From: a virus
Lineage: Duplodnaviria > Heunggongvirae > Uroviricota > Caudoviricetes
Reading direction: 5' to 3' (one strand)
Length of the DNA: 11,238 nt
Virus record (IMG/VR): IMGVR_UViG_2802429224_000011
In this document: positions 1-6,665 of the stretch, in pieces
Position numbering within the stretch: the stretch's first letter is position 1
How the letters are laid out: every line of letters starts with the position of its first letter
Notes under the pieces: model-generated
Databases searched by the model: none
The model's input: only the letters and a program-made list of their open reading frames with translations
What the model was told of the DNA's origin: nothing
Position numbers and translations under genes: made by a program

Positions 1-513
1 ATGTTTAAACTCAATAAATTGACTATTTCTTTATTAGCTATTTTTGCTCTAAGTGGATGTCAATCCAATGCAGATAATTTTGCAGCTGATGTTTATGACA
101 CCACCCAAGTTAACTCTAAACAAGAAACCAAAATGGTAACTATTGTTTCTGTTCTTCCAGCCAAAATTGCAGTTGACAATAAAGCAAATAAAGAAGCTGC
201 ACAAACATTCGGAGCTGTTGTTGGTGCTGTTACTGGCGGAATTATTGGGCATAACACCAAGAATGGTTCGAAGTTAGCAACTGCTGCTGGCGCCGCAGGA
301 GGAACCGCACTTGGTGCAGCTGCTGGTTCATTAGTCAAAGATAAAACAATTGTTGAAGGCGTTTCTCTAACGTACAAAGAAGGTACAAAAGTTTATACAT
401 CGACTCAAGTTGGTAGAGCTTGCCAATTTGCGCCTGGATTAGCAGCCATGATTTCAACTAAAGAAAACGAAACACGTATTCAACCAAATGCAACATGCCC
501 TGATAATAAATAA
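1..513 (+). CDS. Outer-membrane lipoprotein, glycine-zipper (SlyB/Pcp-like) family
   Basis: N-terminal signal peptide with lipobox LSGC (MFKLNKLTISLLAIFALSGCQSN). Central glycine-zipper tract GAVVGAVTGGIIGH...AAGAAGGTALGAAAGS. Overall layout matches SlyB-like 17-kDa lipoproteins as I remember them. AT-rich codon usage, unlike the rest of the window. Confidence 0.75.
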   Translation: MFKLNKLTISLLAIFALSGCQSNADNFAADVYDTTQVNSKQETKMVTIVSVLPAKIAVDNKANKEAAQTFGAVVGAVTGGIIGHNTKNGSKLATAAGAAGGTALGAAAGSLVKDKTIVEGVSLTYKEGTKVYTSTQVGRACQFAPGLAAMISTKENETRIQPNATCPDNK

Positions 514-525
514 TGGTCATTTCAG

Positions 526-1071
526 ATGACACGTCTTGCTTTATATATACTATTAGCTTTGCCGTGCCTAAGCACTTTTTACGTTAACGCGTCTTCTTTA
601 CAGGAACAATTAGCGGCTATTGCGCGAGCCGAAAATGAAGGTAAAGCCGAAGAAAAACGTATTGAAGATGCACGTAAAGAACAAGAGCGCCAACGTGCCA
701 ATGCGGAAAGGATTCGCAAAGAGAAAGCAGCGGCTATGGCAGCAGCAAAAGAAAAACAACGACGAGCGGCTGAGTTTGAGCGTAAAGCTAAGCTCGAAGC
801 AGAGATGGCGGCAGATAAAAAACGCGATCAAGATTATGAAGATCAATTACGCCAACTTGAACTAGAAAACCGAAAACTCGAGCTCGAAGCTAAAAGGGCC
901 AGAGTAAATAGAGCAAACGATTTTCTGGACCAAGAACTCAAGGAGCGAGCTGCACAAACTGACGTTATTCAATCAGAAGCGGACGCTCGGCGTAATATTT
1001 CAACTGGTACCAAAGAATTGTTGCAAAGTGAGGGAAAAGCGAGAGAGAGTAAAGCTGATAGCTGGTGGTAA
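526..1071 (+). CDS. Secreted or periplasmic coiled-coil protein, unknown function
   Basis: 181-aa ORF starting 13 bp after the lipoprotein stop. Sec-type signal peptide (MTRLALYILLALPCLSTFYVNA|SS) followed by highly charged K/E/R/A-rich heptad-like sequence. No strong Shine-Dalgarno seen, so the start is uncertain. AT-rich like the preceding gene. Confidence 0.55.
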   Translation: MTRLALYILLALPCLSTFYVNASSLQEQLAAIARAENEGKAEEKRIEDARKEQERQRANAERIRKEKAAAMAAAKEKQRRAAEFERKAKLEAEMAADKKRDQDYEDQLRQLELENRKLELEAKRARVNRANDFLDQELKERAAQTDVIQSEADARRNISTGTKELLQSEGKARESKADSWW

Positions 1072-1077
1072 TAATAT

Positions 1078-1099
1078 AGTGAGGGGTGCTCCCCTCACT
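1078..1099. terminator. Perfect palindromic hairpin between convergent genes, candidate bidirectional terminator
   Basis: AGTGAGGGG-TGCT-CCCCTCACT: 9-bp perfect stem, 4-nt loop. Lies 7 nt after the plus-strand gene stop (1069-1071) and about 40 nt after the minus-strand operon's last stop (1140-1142). A/U-rich flank on the minus-strand side (ACUAUAUUAUUA). Confidence 0.5.
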
Positions 1100-1139
1100 A
1101 CCGCTATAATATGACAACTTGTTATTTGCATTTTCTGAG

Positions 1140-1718
1140 TTAATTACTGCTAATTGCAATCGCTCTGATTGAGCGTAAATCATCAAGATTATTCAGTTCT
1201 TCCTTCATCTCCCGCTGACGTTGATAAATCTCGTCATTGCGATCGACCTGTGCCTGCGCCATTACTACCGCCAGTTCTTCCAGTTCCGGCATCGACAGTT
1301 TCACCTGTTGATTATTGGCGTCACCCCATGCAAGGGCGGTTCGTGCCGTATCGGATTTCGCCGCCATTACTACCGGATAAAGACGAGCCAGTGAGTCGGA
1401 GCCAGCATTCCAGGTGCGGCCGTTCCATTCGAACGTGAACGGCTGCGCCTCCTGTTCTGTGCGCCACGCCTCGATTTCCATCTTTTTGGCATCTTTTGCC
1501 TCTGCGATAAGTTCGGGCGTGACGGTGAACGGGGCAATTTCACCCCATTTGCCGCTCTGTAACTCTTCCCAGATGCGCTGGCCTGTCGGTGCGGTATCAT
1601 CCTGCATGGCGGTATACAGGACGAATTCCGTTTCACCTTCAAATAACACCTCGCAGTCAACCGCACCATTTTCAAGATAATGCGCGTTTCTGATGCCTTT
1701 TACCGCTCTGATTTTCAT
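1140..1718 (-). CDS. Putative tail fibre chaperone/assembly protein (DUF4376-like), partner of the upstream Stf-type fibre
   Basis: 192-aa ORF starting 13 nt after the tail fibre stop with RBS GGGGAA 7 nt upstream of ATG. Position immediately downstream of a tail fibre is typical for fibre chaperones. Lacks the classical Tfa C-terminal ...W-P motif, so the functional call rests on position and weak resemblance. Confidence 0.55.
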   Translation of the reverse strand: MKIRAVKGIRNAHYLENGAVDCEVLFEGETEFVLYTAMQDDTAPTGQRIWEELQSGKWGEIAPFTVTPELIAEAKDAKKMEIEAWRTEQEAQPFTFEWNGRTWNAGSDSLARLYPVVMAAKSDTARTALAWGDANNQQVKLSMPELEELAVVMAQAQVDRNDEIYQRQREMKEELNNLDDLRSIRAIAISSN

Positions 1719-1731
1719 GTTTTATTCCCCG

Positions 1732-4700
1732 TTACTCGATGCGCACAAACAGGCATGTTAAAGCCCCATTGGTAGCCACGCCGCTGTAACCGGACAGCGC
1801 CATATAACGCCCCGGAAAACTGTAGCTGCCTGCACCATAAACTGTAAGTTGTGCTGAATAGGTGTATGAGCCCGTCTCACTGAACATGGATGCGATACGA
1901 ACCGGCCCCAGACGGGACCCCGGCACCACGTCGCCCAGACCAATTTTTATGGACGTATCACCCGTCTCAGTTCCCTGATATGCCGCCAGTATTGGCACAC
2001 CAACCGCCGGATATTTGTAATATGAGCCTGAGCCCGCCATCCTGGACAACAGGTACGCCAGTGAATCTCCGTCGTAGACAACTACCCGCGATGACATGTT
2101 CCAGCTGTTATCGCTGTCGTTGTACCGGTACTGCATATAGTGAATACAGTGTTCACCCTGATAATACTGGTTGTAACACATCAGGGTTTTAAATTTGCGG
2201 ACTGTGTCAGATTCACTGTTGGCGTACGGGGACCACATCACGTCAATAATGCCGTTAAATTGCGTGGTACCGGTAAGCAGTTGTGATGAATCTGTAATAC
2301 TGACCGCATACCGCCCCGGCGTGACTTTCTTCAGCCATTCAACGAAATCAGACAGTCCCTCAAACGCCAGGGCTTCAGTGCTGGCAAATGCCTGACCAAA
2401 TCCATGCATACCGGACAGCGCCAGCCTGCCCGGTGTACGGTCGCGGATATCGCTCTGGGGTTCCATCGTCGCAGCCGCTTTCAGCTCAAGCTCCGTGCGC
2501 ATGGCTTCAGGTGTGTCCAGTGCCAGTAATGCGCGGGCTTTTTCTGACAGCTGCGCCAGTAAAATCCGGCCCTCTTCACTGAAATAAGGCAGTGTGTTTT
2601 CTTCCGGTGTTATCTGGCTGACAGCCGTTAACACGCCATTAAGCGGCTGTTTACCTGCCAGTGCATTAGTGACCGTTGTCGCAAAGTTCGGGTCATTACC
2701 CAGCGCCGCTGCCAGCTCGTTCAGCGTGTCCAGGGCTTCAGGTGATGAGTCAACCAGCGCAGCGAGCAGTTTGCGGACAAACGCCGCATTGGCTATTTCA
2801 TTACCTGCTGCATCATCCGGTGGTGTTGGCGTGGACGGTGTTCCGGTCAGTGCCGGGCTTTTCAGTGGCGCACGGGTTTCAATCAGCGCCCTGAGTGAGG
2901 CCTCATCAACCTTCAGGTTTTCCCAGCCAACCAGATAACCACCATCTGATGACACCGCGCAACGGTTATAATAAATATGACCATTAACACCGTAATAAAT
3001 AATTATCTTATAGGCATTCTCATCATTCGGGCTGGTTTTAGGTTGTGGCCAGATAATTTCAATAACACCGTTTGTCTGTATGCCAGGCACCACCACATTT
3101 GTGTCCGCAAATACGGCATAACGACCGGGTTTTGCTGTTTTTACCCAGCGGAGAAAATCAGTTCCTGATTTAAATTCTTTTCTGTCGCTGCTGGAAAACA
3201 GGCTCCCGAAGCCGAACATACCAGGAATCGCCAGTCGGCCTTCGGTGCGGTCGTAAATATTCTCCTGTGCATCCTTCTGTGCTGCATTGCCAAGTTGTGG
3301 CGTCAGATTCGTCCAGGTGACCGGGGCGGTGATATTATCGCCACGAACGGTCATAAGAATCCGTCCGTCTTTTCCAAAAAACAGAACCAGCTTTGTTGCT
3401 GTCTGGCTGGTTTTGTCGCCCCAGCCATTATCCAGCCAGATAATTTCTGTTATCCCGGTTGTTTCTTCCGTTTGTGTGGAAAAGGTGTAATACCGTCCCG
3501 GATGTACGTTGTGCGCAGTTTTGGCTATGGTCACCATATCGCGGGCAATAATTGTCGTGCCTCCGGGATTCGTCATTCCGTAACCAAATGCACCAGGCAG
3601 CGCAACACGACCTTCCGTGCTGTCGTAAAGGTCTGTCTGTATGTCCCTTACCGCTGCGCTTTTCAGCTCAAGCTCATTACGCATGGCTTCCACTGTGGCC
3701 TGTGCCAGCAGTGACCGGGCTTTTTCTGACAGCGGAGACAGTGAAGCATTCCCGTCCTGATTAAAGCACAGAAGATTATCCGCCCGTTCTTCCAGATTAC
3801 TGATTGCGGTTAACACGTCACTGAGTGGTTGTTTACCCGCCAGCGCGTTCATGATTGTTGTCGCAAACTCCGGGTCATTGCCCAGCGCAGCTGCCAGCTC
3901 ATTCAGCGTGTCCAGGGCTTCCGGGGACGAGTCAACCAGTGCAGCGAGCAGTTTGCGGACAAATGCCGCGTTCGCTGTTTCCAGACCGGCAGCATCGTCC
4001 GGTGGGGTTGGTGTGGTGGGCGTGCCGGTGAATGCCGGGCTGTCCAGCGGCGCTTTTGTTTTCGTCTCGTCCATGACGGTTTTGACGGCCTTCGGTGTGG
4101 CTGCCAGTTCTTCGCTGTCGTTATCCGTATCACTACAGAGTTGCACCAGGCCTTTTTCTGTCGTGGAAGCATTGCTTCCCTTCAACTCATCAACTATCCG
4201 TTGCGCCTCGTCCCTGTGCTGTTTTGCGCCCTGCTCGCTTTTTGCTGCCGCTTCTGCACTGGCCTTTGCCTCGCCGCTCAGCGTTGCGACTTCACCGAGT
4301 TTATCAACAGCCTTATCGACGATTTTGTCTGCGTCCTTAACGGCCTGCTCTGCGCGAGCCGCATCCTGTGTGGCAGATGATGCCAGCTGTGCCACCTGCC
4401 TTTTATCTTCAGCAACGGCCTCGGCGTTCTGCTGTACGTTATCCGCCAGCGTCTCGCAGTCGCTCTTGATTTGTTGCGCATCAGCGACATGTTGCCCGGC
4501 CTGTCGTTCGCTTTCCGCTGCCGCCTCCGCGCTCTGCTGCGCCTGCGCCACCAGTTCTTCGAACCGCTTAACGACATCCGGTTTTAAATCGCCTTCATCG
4601 AGGGCGGTCAGAAAGTCGTTCAGTGTGCCGGGCTTTGAATCGTCGTAAACCGAAATATCACCAACACAATATTCTCTTTCAATACATGACCGAAGATAAA

Positions 4701-4878
4701 CGTCATATCTTCCGGTCTGAGCCTCAAATGCATATTCTCCTGCCGGCCCCGTCAAAACTGTTGCCACCGTTCTCATAACCACTGCGGATGTATTCTGTCG
4801 GGCTTTCAGAATAATATGGTATCCGGACATGGGGAGTCCCGTGCCATCCGTCAGCACCCCCGAAATTAATACAGACAT
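1732..4878 (-). CDS. Side tail fibre protein, lambdoid Stf-type, with duplicated collar repeats and three tip modules
   Basis: N-terminus MSVLISGVLTDGTG...ILKARQNTSAVV...YDDSKPGTLNDFL matches the N-terminal domain of E. coli prophage Stf proteins such as StfR. A/E/Q-rich helical shaft. Two copies of the fibre collar motif KGLVQL...ATPKAVK / APLxSPAxTGTP(T/S)TPTPP...AALVDSSPEALDTLNELAAALGNDP(E/N)FATT. RBS AGGAA 6 nt upstream of ATG, 24 nt after the D stop. Confidence 0.9.
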   Translation of the reverse strand: MSVLISGVLTDGTGLPMSGYHIILKARQNTSAVVMRTVATVLTGPAGEYAFEAQTGRYDVYLRSCIEREYCVGDISVYDDSKPGTLNDFLTALDEGDLKPDVVKRFEELVAQAQQSAEAAAESERQAGQHVADAQQIKSDCETLADNVQQNAEAVAEDKRQVAQLASSATQDAARAEQAVKDADKIVDKAVDKLGEVATLSGEAKASAEAAAKSEQGAKQHRDEAQRIVDELKGSNASTTEKGLVQLCSDTDNDSEELAATPKAVKTVMDETKTKAPLDSPAFTGTPTTPTPPDDAAGLETANAAFVRKLLAALVDSSPEALDTLNELAAALGNDPEFATTIMNALAGKQPLSDVLTAISNLEERADNLLCFNQDGNASLSPLSEKARSLLAQATVEAMRNELELKSAAVRDIQTDLYDSTEGRVALPGAFGYGMTNPGGTTIIARDMVTIAKTAHNVHPGRYYTFSTQTEETTGITEIIWLDNGWGDKTSQTATKLVLFFGKDGRILMTVRGDNITAPVTWTNLTPQLGNAAQKDAQENIYDRTEGRLAIPGMFGFGSLFSSSDRKEFKSGTDFLRWVKTAKPGRYAVFADTNVVVPGIQTNGVIEIIWPQPKTSPNDENAYKIIIYYGVNGHIYYNRCAVSSDGGYLVGWENLKVDEASLRALIETRAPLKSPALTGTPSTPTPPDDAAGNEIANAAFVRKLLAALVDSSPEALDTLNELAAALGNDPNFATTVTNALAGKQPLNGVLTAVSQITPEENTLPYFSEEGRILLAQLSEKARALLALDTPEAMRTELELKAAATMEPQSDIRDRTPGRLALSGMHGFGQAFASTEALAFEGLSDFVEWLKKVTPGRYAVSITDSSQLLTGTTQFNGIIDVMWSPYANSESDTVRKFKTLMCYNQYYQGEHCIHYMQYRYNDSDNSWNMSSRVVVYDGDSLAYLLSRMAGSGSYYKYPAVGVPILAAYQGTETGDTSIKIGLGDVVPGSRLGPVRIASMFSETGSYTYSAQLTVYGAGSYSFPGRYMALSGYSGVATNGALTCLFVRIE
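2677..2871. repeat. Intragenic direct repeat copy 2 (collar-encoding) within the tail fibre gene
   Basis: About 195 bp, roughly 85-90% identical to 3859-4053 (offset 1182 bp), with perfect runs such as gcagcgagcagtttgcggacaaa and ttcagcgtgtccagggcttc. Also visible as near-identical antisense ORF translations (GSLPSAAASSFSVSRASGDESTSAASSLRTNAA in ORFs 2594..2938 and 3851..4648). Weaker similarity continues to about 2400. Confidence 0.85.
3859..4053. repeat. Intragenic direct repeat copy 1 (collar-encoding) within the tail fibre gene
   Basis: Partner of 2677-2871. Weaker similarity (about 75-80%) continues to about 3590, covering the ELELK...DRTxGR(L/V)A motif. Confidence 0.85.
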
Positions 4879-4902
4879 GTTTATTTCCTGATTCAGAAAA
4901 CA

Positions 4903-5991
4903 TTAACCAAAATAATTGACGCCTTTTTTCTTGCCACTGGCTTTCCCCTTTGCAGAAATATCCGTGGTCAGTGACAGATTCAGCGTAAATCCCTGTCCCG
5001 GTACCAGTGAAAACTCCACAGACTCAGCCTGCCAGTGATGGTCCTCACGCACACCAAATCCCTGCGTGACAAAACGCATCTCCGCCCCTGCTTTCAGCAG
5101 TTCCGGCCTGCAGGGCAACGTTATCGTCATCTGGCGTCCGGCTTTCTGCACACGTTTAACCTTCGACTCTGCACAGTGTTTTGCGGTGCCCTGGTCAGGC
5201 TGGGTAAACGGATGCCGCTTATCTGTTGACTCCACGTCAACTTTAACTTCACGTGTGCGTCCGTCACGAGCATCAAAATACCGGACCCCAACTTTCCCGC
5301 TCTTTTTATCCCCCTTCGCACCACCCGCAGCGCCCTGTCGCTCACCTTCACGATAATCCCAGTCTGATACCATACCCGGCGTAATGGTTATCTCGGGCGC
5401 ATTTCTGCCCCCCGTACTCTGTGATGCCCCGTATTCCAGAAATAACCAGTAGCCATTGGTCGGTTTACTGGTGGCGCCGTACATACCTGCAATGCGGGAT
5501 AAGAGGGCAGCATCAGATTCTGATGACTGCATCACCCACGGGATATGAATATCAGCAAGCACCGATGAGACGCGCGCCACCAGATTATTTTCAGTGGCGA
5601 TGGTTTTCACCAGGTCGCCCAGTGTAATATCGCTGAAAGCCCGGGTTTTCAGTGCGGTCACGTCTGCGCCATGTTTTGACGCATTCATGGGGGCTGCGGT
5701 GGCATAAATGGTGATTCGGCGGGGAGGACCTCCACTTGCCACCTGACAGACGGTAAAACTGCCTTTATTTACCAGGTTTCCGTTGAATCCCAGCCCCAGC
5801 GTTAATACCGCGCCTTTTGGTGGCAGCGCCATCGTCTCACTGAACAGGGTTATCATCAGTTCATCGGAGCGCTTTGTGGCAGCACCATTATCGGTATATC
5901 GCAGCTCAGCCAGCCCCCGCTTTATGGCCTTCGTGATATCCTCACCCTCTGCTGTCAGGCTGAAATCCGGCTGATACTCATTCAGTCCCAT
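4903..5991 (-). CDS. P2 gpD-like tail protein (late control gene D family)
   Basis: 362 aa with the gpD-family motif ...QSSESDAALLSRIAGMYGA.... Position directly after X in a FI-FII-E-T-U-X-D order. RBS AAGGAG upstream. Start overlaps the X stop. Confidence 0.88.
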   Translation of the reverse strand: MGLNEYQPDFSLTAEGEDITKAIKRGLAELRYTDNGAATKRSDELMITLFSETMALPPKGAVLTLGLGFNGNLVNKGSFTVCQVASGGPPRRITIYATAAPMNASKHGADVTALKTRAFSDITLGDLVKTIATENNLVARVSSVLADIHIPWVMQSSESDAALLSRIAGMYGATSKPTNGYWLFLEYGASQSTGGRNAPEITITPGMVSDWDYREGERQGAAGGAKGDKKSGKVGVRYFDARDGRTREVKVDVESTDKRHPFTQPDQGTAKHCAESKVKRVQKAGRQMTITLPCRPELLKAGAEMRFVTQGFGVREDHHWQAESVEFSLVPGQGFTLNLSLTTDISAKGKASGKKKGVNYFG

Positions 5992-6200
5992 AACTGAAAC
6001 GTCTCCTTCACTTCCGGTTCATATACCCAGTCCGGCAACACGATTTCCACTCCCGCCGGATAGACCGGACCAAGGTCAGCCAGTCCGGGATTGGCTTCCA
6101 GTACCGCCGCCAGTGACTGGTTAAGCCCGGTACTGCCATAGTGTCTCTGGCAGATGTCATCCAGCATATCGCCGTCAGTAGTCCGCCAGTTTTTCGCCAT
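5982..6200 (-). CDS. P2 gpX-like tail protein X (LysM-like small tail protein)
   Basis: 72 aa. GDMLDDICQRHYG...LEANPGLADLG...GVEIVLPD matches the gpX pattern (GDTLDAICxRYYG...ANPGLA). Overlaps U by 26 nt and D by 10 nt. Confidence 0.85.
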   Translation of the reverse strand: MAKNWRTTDGDMLDDICQRHYGSTGLNQSLAAVLEANPGLADLGPVYPAGVEIVLPDWVYEPEVKETFQLWD

Positions 6201-6663
6201 AGTATTTCAGCTCCAGTGTGAACGTTTTGTTCTTCGGCGCACCGCCGGGAAGAAAGGACGTGGTGTTATCTGAATAGGCAGTTGCCACGAAATACCCCAT
6301 CACATCACCTGTGCTCGAGACCAGAAGATGCGGGGCCGGATTGTCATCCACCATCTGAACCAGTGTATCAAGAGCGTCCATTCCCACACCGTCACGAAAT
6401 CCTGCATGCGCCATACCTTCAAGGGTTATTGTTCTGGCCCCCTTGCCGGTATACTGCAGCAGGTCGTTTTTTCCGATAAGCTGTTGTTCATCCCATCGCC
6501 ATTCCATCGTGCGCTTCATGGCGTTATAAGCAGCAGTATCAATACTGAATTCAAACTCACCAAACGACAGCATGACGCGAGAGGCGACATCCGTTAATGA
6601 TCCCACCGCGTCCCATGCTTCACGCTCAAGCCGGTTTACGCCCCAGCCCAGCAAATCCACCAT
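6175..6663 (-). CDS. P2 gpU-like tail protein
   Basis: gpU-family layout (F.F..D......EWRW...G......TGKGxxTITLEG...FLPGGxPK..TF.L.L). Start called at ATG 6661-6663 (protein MVDLLGWG...), preceded by GGGGG 7 nt upstream inside the T 3' end. The ORF track's 6669 start is an upstream GTG. Confidence 0.82.
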   Translation of the reverse strand: MVDLLGWGVNRLEREAWDAVGSLTDVASRVMLSFGEFEFSIDTAAYNAMKRTMEWRWDEQQLIGKNDLLQYTGKGARTITLEGMAHAGFRDGVGMDALDTLVQMVDDNPAPHLLVSSTGDVMGYFVATAYSDNTTSFLPGGAPKNKTFTLELKYYGEKLADY

Positions 6664-6665
6664 AT

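Noticed and set aside
1061-1068. Chi octamer GCTGGTGG on the plus strand
   Set aside because: A single 8-mer occurrence at the end of a coding sequence is most likely chance or coding (it encodes ...SWW). No clustering or orientation bias can be assessed in this window.
1105-1110. Perfect TATAAT hexamer just after the hairpin
   Set aside because: No convincing -35 element 17 bp upstream and no plus-strand gene downstream (only antisense of the chaperone-like gene). Probably fortuitous in AT-rich DNA.
1072-1139. Possible tRNA or att site at the element boundary
   Set aside because: The 68-bp intergenic gap is too short for a tRNA and shows only the palindromic hairpin. No direct repeat partner is visible within the window.
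3851-4648. Long plus-strand ORFs (265 aa Ala/Ser-rich, also 2594..2938, 3829..4380, 3295..3714) inside the tail fibre gene
   Set aside because: They are antisense to a well-supported 1048-aa gene and have low-complexity translations (mirror of the A/E/Q-rich shaft and the collar repeats), with no RBS or homology signal. Treated as shadow ORFs.
1140-4878. Invertible fibre-tip segment (Mu G or P1 C type) or diversity-generating retroelement acting on the fibre
   Set aside because: No invertase or reverse transcriptase gene is present in the window, no oppositely oriented alternative tip or chaperone pair, and the repeats found are direct rather than inverted. A template repeat outside the window cannot be excluded.
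4879-4902. Small zinc-finger late activator gene (ogr-like) expected after D in P2
   Set aside because: Not present. The D-to-fibre gap is 24 nt and no small Cys-rich ORF occurs anywhere in the window. Recorded as an absence, not a feature.
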